64,000 bases of DNA from a virus (Duplodnaviria; Caudoviricetes): the IMG/VR virus record IMGVR_UViG_3300025191_000001, positions 1 through 64,000 of that record; one strand, 5' to 3'. Position numbers and translations under genes: made by a program. The notes beneath the pieces are model-generated. The model was given only the letters and a program-made list of their open reading frames with translations. It made no database searches and had not been told where the DNA came from. This document shows, piece by piece, positions 48,353 to 57,339 of this stretch (its first letter is position 1; every line of letters begins with the position of its first letter).

Positions 48353-48775
48353 CAAGTAGTAAATTCATATATGTGGGTATACCTGTCCATATATGTCTTA
48401 TCGTGGTTAGACAACGTGAGCCACTAGCACTAGGGAAGGTAAGGTCACTACCATGTAGTCATCGTATTACATGGTACACTTTACGGGGTTAGGTGCGATA
48501 GTCTGTCAGTTTGTATTAGCTGATGAAGATTAACCCCTGTTCAACCGATGATACTTAGGTTGTTCGTAACAAGGCTCTTATACAAATAAGAGATGGAAAC
48601 TTCAAAAACTCTTGAACTCAAGAAGATAATCACTAAGGTGTTTCTTTTTAGATTCTGGTTTTAAAGATAAAACTTTCAACGCCCTGTCCCCGTAAAACAC
48701 TGGCAAGTGTTTCCTATTTAGTTAGGTTATGGGGTAGGGTAGTTGCGTCTTTAAAACTTTGAATCTAAGAAGATA
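48353..48775 (+). ncRNA. Candidate ~420-nt structured non-coding RNA
   Basis: Series of hairpins and a multibranch domain at 48643-48773 with several G-U pairs that work only on the + strand. Confidence 0.6.
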
Positions 48776-48870
48776 ATCTATAAAGATACAATCTTTTAAA
48801 GAGACAATCTTTAAAGAGTACCTTTAACAACTACGTTGTTAGAATACAATCTTTATAAGAGAACAATCTA
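48773..48870. repeat. Iteron-like AYAATCT repeats with TAACAAC-TAC-GTTGTTA palindrome (candidate origin)
   Basis: Heptamers at 48773, 48788, 48804, 48846, 48863; palindrome at 48825-48841; AT-rich tract follows. Confidence 0.7.
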
Positions 48871-48919
48871 CTAATTACTAGACTGTGAGAAATAAATAGT
48901 AATTAATAGTAAATACCTC

Positions 48920-48948
48920 TTGACTCTGTACTTTAATCTATCTATACT
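48920..48948 (+). promoter_or_regulatory. sigma70 promoter
   Basis: TTGACT-17-TATACT. Confidence 0.8.
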
Positions 48949-48980
48949 TACCTCACTTATTTAGGACGAGGTACAGAATT

Positions 48981-49130
48981 ATGAATGAACAAGTATTATT
49001 AGATGATGGTTGGTATTGGGTAATAAACAATGATCAAGGTTACTTGTGGTTAATTAAAGAGAGTGATATAGACTTTAGTAAGCACGTACATCAGTCGGAT
49101 TGCTTAGACTTTAGAAACAAAACTAGATAA
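48981..49130 (+). CDS. Small hypothetical protein (49 aa, below ORF-track cutoff)
   Basis: RBS GAGG, ATG..TAA, directly upstream of the methyltransferase. Confidence 0.55.
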   Translation: MNEQVLLDDGWYWVINNDQGYLWLIKESDIDFSKHVHQSDCLDFRNKTR

Positions 49131-49140
49131 GGAGTTTGTT

Positions 49141-49848
49141 ATGAAATATATGGGAAGTAAGAATCGAATAGCTAAAGAAATCCTACCTATTATATTGGAT
49201 AATAGAAAACCTGACCAGTGGTATGTTGAGCCGTTTGTTGGTGGAGCTAATATGATTGATAAGGTAGGCGGTAAGCGTATTGCGAATGACCTAAATCAGT
49301 ATGTAGTTACTATGTTATCTAGATTGGCAGAGGGGTGGATTCCAGAGTTAATAACTAAGACAGGTTATCAAGACATTAAAAATAACCATGACGTATACCC
49401 AAAAGAGGTAGTAGGATGGGTAGGGATTAATTGTTCTTACTCTGGTAAATGGTTTGGAGGGTATGCAGGTGAGGTTCAAACAAAACAAGGCAAGAGGGAT
49501 TACCAAAAAGAGGCATTAAATAATGTGCTTAAACAAGCAGAATCTCTCAAAGGAATAACTTTCCTATCTGATGACTATTATAACTTAATTTTACCAAAAG
49601 CTAGTCTTATTTACTGTGATCCCCCTTACGCTAATACAACAGGATATAAAGATAAATTTGACTATGAAAAGTTCTGGCAATGGTGCAGAGATAAACGCCA
49701 AGAAGGGCATGAAGTATTTATCAGTGAATACAATGCTCCAGATGATTTTACTTGTGTGTGGGAGAAACAAGTAAAGAGTTCTCTATCTGCTAATGGTAAA
49801 TCTGGTGGAAATAAGCAGTCTATAGAAAAACTTTTTACATTAGTGTAA
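49141..49848 (+). CDS. DNA adenine methyltransferase (D12/Dam-like)
   Basis: YMGSK, YVEPFVGG, ANDLN, YCDPPY, FISEY motifs. Confidence 0.92.
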   Translation: MKYMGSKNRIAKEILPIILDNRKPDQWYVEPFVGGANMIDKVGGKRIANDLNQYVVTMLSRLAEGWIPELITKTGYQDIKNNHDVYPKEVVGWVGINCSYSGKWFGGYAGEVQTKQGKRDYQKEALNNVLKQAESLKGITFLSDDYYNLILPKASLIYCDPPYANTTGYKDKFDYEKFWQWCRDKRQEGHEVFISEYNAPDDFTCVWEKQVKSSLSANGKSGGNKQSIEKLFTLV

Positions 49849-49915
49849 AATACTCCTTGACACACAATCACACTACACATAAACTAAGACAACATTAACA
49901 AAGAGGAGAAACATT

Positions 49916-50689
49916 ATGGAAAACGGTAAATATAGAGTGAAAGATGATTGTAAGACTTCTTCTGACGTAGAATTACAGATTGAAGTGGTAGACGGTGTTG
50001 CTACTTGTACAAAAGTAGAATATCTCTTGCATTGGGAGTTAGGCGAACAGATAGACACAGAATCCCTTAGTCCTGGACCTTGGGAACGTATCTCTAATGA
50101 GGAAATTCCCACATTTAAGAAAGGGGATAGGGTTAGGAAGAAAGATGGGACAAACTTTAGTAATAAGGAACTTGTAGCGACTGTAGATAGGGTTGAACCT
50201 ATAGTTTGGCTGAAAGAAACAGCTACAAAGATTGACCCCCAATCTTTAGAACTAGTGCAGATTTCCTCTGAAGAACCTATTGATGAGTATCCTTTCAAAG
50301 AGGGTGATAAGGTTAAGAAAAAAGATGGGTATGCTTTTAGTAATGGACAATACGTTGTTACTGTAGATAGTAGCACGTATCTTGATGGTATGGCAGCAGT
50401 ATGGATTAAAGAAACAAGTACTTATATTCACTCTGATCATTTAGAGTTATGTATCTCTACTCCTACCCCACACAAATATGCTGATGTAATAAAAGCTTGG
50501 GCAGATGGGTATGAGGTGCAGCATCATAATAGTATAAACGACGTGTGGTATAACAGTAATTTTCCCACCTTCGACCCAAACTTAAACTGGCGTATCAAAC
50601 CAGATAACCCTAACCAAGATAGAATCCTAGAGATAGAGAGTACTATTACTGAATTACAAAATGAATTAGAAGAGTTAAAGACCTCTTAG
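49916..50689 (+). CDS. Hypothetical protein with a tandem-duplicated SH3/KOW-like module
   Basis: FKKGDRVRKKDGTNFSN / FKEGDKVKKKDGYAFSN repeats; PHKYADVIKAWADG domain; own promoter TTGACA-17-TAAACT. Confidence 0.75.
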   Translation: MENGKYRVKDDCKTSSDVELQIEVVDGVATCTKVEYLLHWELGEQIDTESLSPGPWERISNEEIPTFKKGDRVRKKDGTNFSNKELVATVDRVEPIVWLKETATKIDPQSLELVQISSEEPIDEYPFKEGDKVKKKDGYAFSNGQYVVTVDSSTYLDGMAAVWIKETSTYIHSDHLELCISTPTPHKYADVIKAWADGYEVQHHNSINDVWYNSNFPTFDPNLNWRIKPDNPNQDRILEIESTITELQNELEELKTS

Positions 50690-50694
50690 AAGTT

Positions 50695-50730
50695 ACACCC
50701 TTGCCTGAGATAGTGGTAAGGGTGTTTTTT
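50695..50730 (+). terminator. Rho-independent terminator
   Basis: ACACCCTTGCC/GGTAAGGGTGT stem plus T-tract. Confidence 0.85.
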
Positions 50731-50812
50731 ATTATCTAATTTAAAATAGTTGTTGACATAGCTAGAGTAGTGGACTATTATTATTAAACCAATAAAAGAG
50801 AGGAATAAAATT

Positions 50813-51037
50813 ATGCAAAACATGTATAGAGTATCGGATAGGTTACGTAGAAGAGAAGACACCATAAACTCATCGACTATCGTATCTAATGAATTTGAAC
50901 AGTGTGGATGTTTATATTACTTCAGTAAGCTAGAAAATGCGTGTAAAGCTGCAATAGAGTTTGACAATATGGTAGTGCCTATAGTTTACTGTAAAGACAC
51001 TAGAAAGAGTGATGACTGGTATGAGGGGAAATTATGA
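50813..51037 (+). CDS. Hypothetical protein
   Basis: Promoter TTGACA-17-TATTAT, RBS GAGGA. Confidence 0.7.
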   Translation: MQNMYRVSDRLRRREDTINSSTIVSNEFEQCGCLYYFSKLENACKAAIEFDNMVVPIVYCKDTRKSDDWYEGKL

Positions 51038-51345
51038 AATGTGAAGAATTAGTAAGTGTATTGAAATCCGCAGGTGTGGAAGTTCTTAATGAAGATGAAT
51101 TTGGACGACTTGACGAAGACCTAAACCTCGTTAGGGATTTGAGATTCTGTGTAGATGACTCAGAGTATTCGATAGTTTGGTTTAATAACATGATGACCCT
51201 CCATACATGGAACTCTACACAACAAACTATGTTCACTAGAATAGAGCATTCTGGTACATGGCCTAATAATTTCAAGCGTAACCTTCAAATGTATTACAAA
51301 GATGATTGTATTTGTATGATAGGACTAGAGAGGTATTCAGAATGA
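51034..51345 (+). CDS. Hypothetical protein
   Basis: ATGA overlap, RBS. Confidence 0.7.
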   Translation: MKCEELVSVLKSAGVEVLNEDEFGRLDEDLNLVRDLRFCVDDSEYSIVWFNNMMTLHTWNSTQQTMFTRIEHSGTWPNNFKRNLQMYYKDDCICMIGLERYSE

Positions 51346-51650
51346 GTGAACAACTAGATTTATTTTCTTCTTATGAATGTGATCCTAGAGGTGCTACTGG
51401 TATGTATATCTGGTACAGTAATTGCCCTTGGGGAAAACCCGACCTGTACTGCGATATTGTAAGTATTAAAGGTCAATACATAGTATTCAGTGTCATTAAT
51501 GGAACATGGGAAGGTAGGTTGGACTTAGCAAATAAAACTATGAGAATTTTCCACCCTTGGTATGAGGATAGTGTACACCTTTATCATAAATACGAATTTA
51601 TTTACTATAAACCTAAAAAAGTTCTTGACACAGATAACATTCCTTCCTAG
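51342..51650 (+). CDS. Hypothetical protein
   Basis: Start MSEQLDLF with ATGA overlap. Confidence 0.65.
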   Translation: MSEQLDLFSSYECDPRGATGMYIWYSNCPWGKPDLYCDIVSIKGQYIVFSVINGTWEGRLDLANKTMRIFHPWYEDSVHLYHKYEFIYYKPKKVLDTDNIPS

Positions 51651-51741
51651 AATACACATATTCAATAATCAATCACATTGAACAATGTTACAATTATTAA
51701 TCACGAATATATTTATGAATAATCACACAGGAGAGACAATT

Positions 51742-52350
51742 ATGAAAATTAACAGACTAGATTATGTACGTACAGAGGCTTTTAGTTTATGGGAGTTGAC
51801 TTTGTTAGAAGAACTAATACGTAGTCAAGGTTATAAATTAACAGATGAAGTGAATAGTTATTATGTTGGGAACTGGCTTGAATATGGAGTAGATGAGTCG
51901 GGTCATGCTGTTTTTTGGAATACTCAATTCTTAGAAAAGTGGGAGGGTAATGACATCACAGAGCAATTCCGTGATTATTTAGATAAGAGAGGAGCAGACG
52001 TTGAAAAGGAAGAATCTTCTAATAGTAAGTCCTTTACAAAGGATGATTTAAAAGATGGAATGGTTGTTAATTTTAGAAGAGGTGACAGTGGATTGATATT
52101 TAATAAGATGGTTTACTCCACAAGTAAGGAAGACTTTGCAAATCTTTCTACAAAAAGATGTATCATCGGCTTAGAACGTCTAAAAGAAGACCTCTCTCAC
52201 AAAGATTTACCTTATTATGAAATCATCAAAGTATCATACATGGACGAAGTTCTGTGGGAACGTATAGAAGAAACCCCTGAACAAAAGCGTATCAAAGAAC
52301 TAGAGAAGATTATCTCTGAAGCTCAGAAAGCATTGGAGGGTCTACAATGA
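51742..52350 (+). CDS. Hypothetical protein
   Basis: Promoter TTGACA-17-TAGAAT; RBS AGGAG before MKINRL; FTKDDLKDGMVV module. Confidence 0.7.
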   Translation: MKINRLDYVRTEAFSLWELTLLEELIRSQGYKLTDEVNSYYVGNWLEYGVDESGHAVFWNTQFLEKWEGNDITEQFRDYLDKRGADVEKEESSNSKSFTKDDLKDGMVVNFRRGDSGLIFNKMVYSTSKEDFANLSTKRCIIGLERLKEDLSHKDLPYYEIIKVSYMDEVLWERIEETPEQKRIKELEKIISEAQKALEGLQ

Positions 52351-52553
52351 GAGAGGTGAAACTCCCTTTTGAAGCCTGTGACGCTATTGTTATTGCCTGT
52401 TTAAAGGATGACTATGAGGATGTTAAAGCCTCTAAGGAGTATTACTCTATAGGATTAGCCAATGCTATACGATGCCTACTTAGGTACTACATGGTGGACA
52501 GTGAATACGAAGCTTGGACTACTAGTGTAGGTATAGAGGTAGATGAGGGCTAA
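52347..52553 (+). CDS. Hypothetical protein
   Basis: ATGA overlap. Confidence 0.6.
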   Translation: MREVKLPFEACDAIVIACLKDDYEDVKASKEYYSIGLANAIRCLLRYYMVDSEYEAWTTSVGIEVDEG

Positions 52554-52691
52554 CTTCTGGAGAGGGTATAGAAAGGGGTGGTACACAGGGTTCATTCTTG
52601 TGCTTATATCCTCTCTAATCCTCTACACAATTGTTATCATCTATTTGACAAACTCACGAGGATTGTTATTCTAAAATTAGAATTCCTATTA

Positions 52692-52787
52692 GAGCCTCTC
52701 AGACACGTTCTGAGGGGTTTTCTTGTATATAGTGGTATGATTGTATACCTTAGAATTAAGTCCTCTTAGAATGGCTTACAGGAGCTT
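52692..52787. repeat. ~96-bp pseudo-palindromic element, copy 6
   Basis: Reverse complement aligns ungapped with copies 1 and 5. Confidence 0.88.
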
Positions 52788-52879
52788 TAAATTAATTATA
52801 AAATAATTGAAAATAATGTTTGACAGGGGGTTATTCTTTTGCAATACTTACCTTATCTAAACAGAGGAGAGAGTGGATA

Positions 52880-53071
52880 ATGAATATTGCAGAAACAATT
52901 GTACACAAAGCTAACGGAGACACAAGCTCTGTCATGGAATTGTCTAATAAACATGCTGTTGATAGAGAACAAAACTTTGAGAAAGAGAAAACTTATTATT
53001 TCTTTGTTGACAACAGTGGTATTGTTGTCCATAATGACCTTGTTGAAACATTTCCAGGAGAGTACTTATGA
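52880..53071 (+). CDS. Hypothetical protein
   Basis: Promoter TTGACA-17-AATACT at 52820; start MNIAET. Confidence 0.65.
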   Translation: MNIAETIVHKANGDTSSVMELSNKHAVDREQNFEKEKTYYFFVDNSGIVVHNDLVETFPGEYL

Positions 53072-53346
53072 TTGATATTACACGTATGTCAAATACAGAA
53101 TTTAAACAGTTCACTAAAGGAAAGTTTTTCTCCTGCAAGTTTATTAAGAAATCAGGTGAACTTCGTGAATACAAAGGGGCTAGAGTAGAAGTTACTAAAG
53201 ACAGTAAATTTACGATGCATAATAATATAGAGCATAAGCAGAATTTAGTTAGTGTGTATGTTCCTAATGAGAAACGTCCTAGGGCTACTCTTAATTTAGA
53301 AACTGTTAAAGAACTGACTTTCCAAGGGAAAACTTATAAATATTAA
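53068..53346 (+). CDS. Small SH3-like beta-barrel protein
   Basis: FFSCKFIKKSGELR motif. Confidence 0.65.
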   Translation: MIDITRMSNTEFKQFTKGKFFSCKFIKKSGELREYKGARVEVTKDSKFTMHNNIEHKQNLVSVYVPNEKRPRATLNLETVKELTFQGKTYKY

Positions 53347-53413
53347 GTGTTTACACAGGGAGGTGTGTTAAGGTAGTATTTGTTTTAGAATGTTAATGAG
53401 GAGAAGAGGAAGA

Positions 53414-54034
53414 ATGAGTGATTTAGATAGGTTATTTGAAAATGCGCCAGAGGGTGCGGTTGACTTGCGTGAACATAAACAAGCAGGGCATCTAAGATGG
53501 TTTGATAAAGAAGGTAAGGCTTGGTGTGGAGAAAATTGGTTTGTTTCTGAGTTTAAGAAATGGAAAACTATAGCTACACTACCACAGCCAGAACGCAAAA
53601 CGGTTGAGGATGCGGTTGAGTACATCGAAGGCTACTGCGATGATGTATGGACATGTAGTCTTGACGCTTTATGTTACGTGGATGACGTTTGGTTTTATGA
53701 CAAAGCTGGCATAAACAAGAATCAAGTATGCACCCGTGAAGAGTTCGAAGCTTGTGTTGCTGCTAAGGCTAAGAGAGAGCCTGAGTGGACTCATAGAACC
53801 AAACATAGCAAATTGTGCAAAATTGTTTTAGAGGAGCCTGACACTGACGGTTACATTGTTGTTTTAACAGAGGAGGGTGAATACATTAAACATCATACAG
53901 CACTCAAACCCATCAAGCCTACAATCACGAAGGCTGAGCATGAGTTTTTATGTAGGTTCTCTGCTGATGTAAGTGACATTCGTATAGTTAACGCTGTAGA
54001 GTCGTATCTAGCTGAGCATAAGGTAGTAGAGTAA
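53414..54034 (+). CDS. Hypothetical mosaic protein
   Basis: RBS AGAGGA before MSDLDR; APEGA module. Confidence 0.7.
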   Translation: MSDLDRLFENAPEGAVDLREHKQAGHLRWFDKEGKAWCGENWFVSEFKKWKTIATLPQPERKTVEDAVEYIEGYCDDVWTCSLDALCYVDDVWFYDKAGINKNQVCTREEFEACVAAKAKREPEWTHRTKHSKLCKIVLEEPDTDGYIVVLTEEGEYIKHHTALKPIKPTITKAEHEFLCRFSADVSDIRIVNAVESYLAEHKVVE

Positions 54035-54172
54035 TCACCTCCACAGACACATTGACACAGTTTTCTATATTGTGTATACTGACAATCTCTGGCTTAGGGC
54101 TTATTCTTATAGGATTAGAACTGGCTAGGATTGTCATTCTAATTATATCTACATTATTAAAGAGAAAACATT

Positions 54173-54379
54173 ATGAGGATAAGTAAGTCACAACATAGAG
54201 GATTATATTATTTCTTTGGGAGTGAAACCTCTTGTACATTTGATAGGTTTAAGGTTAACACATACTCAGGGCAACTGTCTGTGGATTTGTATAGAGACAA
54301 TGTTTATCTGATGTCTGTCAACTTTGAACATTCAAAAGAGTTTTGTAAGCAATGGAGACTGATGAGTATAAAGGACTGA
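54173..54379 (+). CDS. Hypothetical protein
   Basis: RBS; upstream TTGACA-17-TATACT at 54052. Confidence 0.6.
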   Translation: MRISKSQHRGLYYFFGSETSCTFDRFKVNTYSGQLSVDLYRDNVYLMSVNFEHSKEFCKQWRLMSIKD

Positions 54380-54406
54380 ATCTTTTAGGAACAACCTCTA
54401 TATTAA

Positions 54407-54502
54407 CACTCTCTGAGAGCCATTTTAAGAGGTTGTAATTTTAACTAAGGTGATTGTATAGGGTAGAGTAATATCTCTTTATACAGAGCCATACAGGAAC
54501 GA
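54407..54502. repeat. ~96-bp pseudo-palindromic element, copy 7
   Basis: CTGAGAGCCATTTTAAGAGG left; GGTGATTGTATAGGG core; AGCCATACAGGA right at the same offset. Confidence 0.8.
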
Positions 54503-54514
54503 TTAGGAGAGGTA

Positions 54515-54955
54515 ATGAACTTCCCAAAGAGAGAATACGTAAGTGAACCAGAAATAACGAAAGTTTACACTATAAATGTACACATTGAACCTGAGATTAT
54601 GTGGCATAAAGAGTTCACCTATATGGATAACGAGGCACTGGCAACCTTTGATGGTGACAAAATCTACAGGAATTTAGAAAATAAAGTGGAAGTTGCTAGA
54701 GCTAAACAATTCGCAGAAGTTGTGGATGGAACATTAGACAGCGTTTACATAAGCAAACAACTTATTATAGTAGAGCCAAAACTAGAAAGGATTCTTTCTG
54801 AGGATTATCGTAATAAGATAAAAGAACTAGAGGAAAAGCTCACTATAAAAGAGAACCTTTTAAAGGATAGAGTAACTACTATAGATTTATACAATAATCT
54901 ACCGTGGTGGAAGAAACTTTTCACTTTTACTATTTACAATGATGAGAATATATAA
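54515..54955 (+). CDS. Hypothetical protein
   Basis: RBS AGGAGAGG; coiled coil then PWWKKLF C-terminal motif. Confidence 0.7.
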   Translation: MNFPKREYVSEPEITKVYTINVHIEPEIMWHKEFTYMDNEALATFDGDKIYRNLENKVEVARAKQFAEVVDGTLDSVYISKQLIIVEPKLERILSEDYRNKIKELEEKLTIKENLLKDRVTTIDLYNNLPWWKKLFTFTIYNDENI

Positions 54956-55206
54956 AACGATTAATACTAACATTAGGACTAGCGCTATTTCTCACTGGAT
55001 GTGTAGAGGAAAAAGTAGTTTATTTGAATGAGAAAGGGGAACGGATGGAGGCTAGAGCTATATCCGATTGGAGTAATGAAGTAGGTGAAGTTTGTATTAA
55101 GAGGGTTGTCTATTATACGTATTTCTACGGAAACCGAGCAGGTATATCTCCTAAGATTGTTCCTAGGGGCAACCAATTCAATAAACCCTTTATAGAAAAA
55201 TGCTAG
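54952..55206 (+). CDS. Putative lipoprotein with non-canonical ATA start (84 aa)
   Basis: Frame extends upstream of the track ORF into (I)KRLILTLGLALFLTG-C signal peptide and lipobox. Confidence 0.55.
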   Translation: MKRLILTLGLALFLTGCVEEKVVYLNEKGERMEARAISDWSNEVGEVCIKRVVYYTYFYGNRAGISPKIVPRGNQFNKPFIEKC

Positions 55207-55241
55207 ATACAATTCCAGTTGAAAATTTGACCCGTTTAATA

Positions 55242-55279
55242 GTCCCATTAGCTTAATTGCTAGTGGGATTTTTCTTTTT
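55242..55279 (+). terminator. Rho-independent terminator
   Basis: GTCCCATTAGC/GCTAGTGGGAT stem plus T-tract. Confidence 0.8.
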
Positions 55280-55524
55280 AGGGATCGACACTAAAGTCAC
55301 TCTAGCCTAGAGTAAAAGATGGCTAGGATTTTGACACAAAGGGGATTTTCTCTGGACTAGAGACGAGGCTGATTATGCTAGACGCTTTTTTCGCTAGAAA
55401 GCTAATTAATTTTCATAAGTATAAAAATATATTATGCGATTCTTTTATAAGGTATACCATACATTTATGGGATTTATATGAAGTATTTATTAGATAAATG
55501 ACATGTTGGCATGAAAATTAATAA

Positions 55525-55541
55525 AGCAAATAGTATGCCAA
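55525..55541 (-). promoter_or_regulatory. sigma54-type -24/-12 site
   Basis: TTGGCATACTATTTGCT (GG-N10-GC). Confidence 0.6.
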
Positions 55542-55644
55542 TTTATTTTCTATTGGGCAGGGATGGTTCAAGCAAAAGCTTTACATATAAATGTGGGTTA
55601 TCTACCTTGCCCCGTTTTTCTCAATTTGTGAAGCTAGTATAAAT

Positions 55645-55673
55645 AAAGCGCTCACATATTGCAAGCGCTTTTT
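55645..55673. terminator. Hairpin terminator downstream of the 55686-55940 gene
   Basis: AAAGCGCT/AGCGCTTT stem with A/T flanks. Confidence 0.6.
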
Positions 55674-55685
55674 GAAATTATCTTA

Positions 55686-55940
55686 TTATTTAATTAGTTT
55701 CCCTTTTACCTTGCTATAACCTTGCGCACCAACACTATTGTAATATGTAAATTTTACAGTCTTTTGTAGTATATCTTTACCAGAAAATTTTAGGGCGTAT
55801 TTTTCAGGAGATACAGGGTTACTTGTAAAATCTAGCAATTGAATATTACAACGTGCCCCCTCGTCTATCATAAAATTAGTGTTTTCAATTAAAAATTTCA
55901 ATGCATCTTTTTTTGTCATATCTTTAAAATTGTTATTCAT
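55686..55940 (-). CDS. Hypothetical early protein
   Basis: RBS AAGGTGG; divergent from the rest of the island. Confidence 0.65.
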   Translation of the reverse strand: MNNNFKDMTKKDALKFLIENTNFMIDEGARCNIQLLDFTSNPVSPEKYALKFSGKDILQKTVKFTYYNSVGAQGYSKVKGKLIK

Positions 55941-56120
55941 TTGTCCACCTTTTCATTAATTGGCATTATCGCCTTGAACGGTTGAAAGCTTACACTATTA
56001 GATAAGAATGTAAAGAACAAAAAGCAATAAACATAGAAGTTTTTAGAATAGTGAAAGTTTCACATTTATATTTATTTGTGTTTTAATAAAAATAATTATT
56101 TAGAGTTAAAAGGTGGAATA

Positions 56121-56354
56121 ATGTCTTTAGTGGAAAAGCAAATTTTTATTGCCTCTCATAGAGGTAAAGTGCAAATAGTTGACGTGTTTTTAAATAATAC
56201 ATTATACGATGAAACCTCACAAAAAACAGCTTGTGAGGTACATTACACACTCGTAGATGAGGTTGGTGTATTAGAGAAAAGTTTTGATAAAATAGAATTT
56301 TCTACTTATGTAGGATATTGGGATATAAATTTCATAAAAAAGTGTTTGACATAG
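56121..56354 (+). CDS. Hypothetical early protein
   Basis: RBS AGGTGG before MSLVEK. Confidence 0.6.
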   Translation: MSLVEKQIFIASHRGKVQIVDVFLNNTLYDETSQKTACEVHYTLVDEVGVLEKSFDKIEFSTYVGYWDINFIKKCLT

Positions 56355-56417
56355 TGAAAAATCTTATGTAGATTGTAATCCATGTAATGATGCATTAATA
56401 AATGAAGGTTTAAGGTT

Positions 56418-56777
56418 ATGAGCAATCGTATAGTGATTTATGCCCCGTCCAATTTAGGTTATAAAAAAATTACATCCCGTACAATAGAAGAGGGGACTGT
56501 CTTACCCAAAAATTACTTCTACACCGAGGAGGAAGCGGTTAACGAGTATGACAGACGTAAAAAAGAATGTGAGGAAGAAAGAAAACACTTTGAAAATTCT
56601 TTTTTATTCGAGGCAAAAGAAGCAGAAGAAAAAATAAACCAAGTTTTAAAAAATACAGGTTTTGATTTAGACTTTTGTTATGATGGGGATAGCCAAGGCA
56701 TACACTCAGAAAAACTATATATCAGTAAGACTATAGCGGGTAAGTATCATCATTATTTTGAATATGAATTAAAATAA
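56418..56777 (+). CDS. Hypothetical early protein
   Basis: Own promoter and RBS. Confidence 0.7.
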   Translation: MSNRIVIYAPSNLGYKKITSRTIEEGTVLPKNYFYTEEEAVNEYDRRKKECEEERKHFENSFLFEAKEAEEKINQVLKNTGFDLDFCYDGDSQGIHSEKLYISKTIAGKYHHYFEYELK

Positions 56778-56839
56778 AGTTTGACAAATAAAAACATGTA
56801 GTTTAGTGTTAGCACTCATTCAATAAATAAGGTTTACAA

Positions 56840-56932
56840 ATGGAACTCGAAAAACTTTTAAACATACTACTTTACATTGGTTTTGTGTGTGGTATGGTAA
56901 CGACTCTTCACTTAGTTTTAGTTAATTTATAA
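56840..56932 (+). CDS. 30-aa hydrophobic peptide
   Basis: MELEKLLNILLYIGFVCGMVTTLHLVLVNL; TAAGG RBS directly after a promoter. Confidence 0.5.
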   Translation: MELEKLLNILLYIGFVCGMVTTLHLVLVNL

Positions 56933-56945
56933 AAGGTAACAAATT

Positions 56946-57248
56946 ATGGTACAAGGTTTAATTCTATTCTCTGATAGTTCACGCGGTATAACTATTCCAC
57001 AATTTTTCGCTAAATCAGTACAGCGTAATTATGTTTATGGCATTAATGAAGAGGATCTGGATTGGTTTTTATCTAATGACGTTGATCATATAGAATACTG
57101 GGATCGGTGGGATGAAATATTAAACAATTGTTACATACAAGACCATGATAATAATACATGGTATTTATCCCAAGACGGCGACCTATGGTTATTTAATGAA
57201 GAAGCAATGACTGAAGAAGAAAAAGAAAACTTTTTTGGTCAATTTTAA
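56946..57248 (+). CDS. Acidic early protein
   Basis: SDSSRGITIPQ.F, YWDRWDEIL, YLSQDGDLW motif recurrent in phage early regions. Confidence 0.75.
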   Translation: MVQGLILFSDSSRGITIPQFFAKSVQRNYVYGINEEDLDWFLSNDVDHIEYWDRWDEILNNCYIQDHDNNTWYLSQDGDLWLFNEEAMTEEEKENFFGQF

Positions 57249-57339
57249 TAAAAACCTATTGACAGGGTGAAAACTTTAGTGATAACATTTGCACTGTCAT
57301 CTAGACAAACAAATTAATTTTTTAAAAGGTAAATAAATT

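Noticed and set aside
48520-48600. Hammerhead ribozyme suggested by CTGATGA
   Set aside because: CTGA is paired in a local stem and no stem II followed by GAAA in the required geometry was found
48773-48870. CRISPR array
   Set aside because: Repeats are 7-16 bp with no unique ~30-bp spacers, and no cas genes are present
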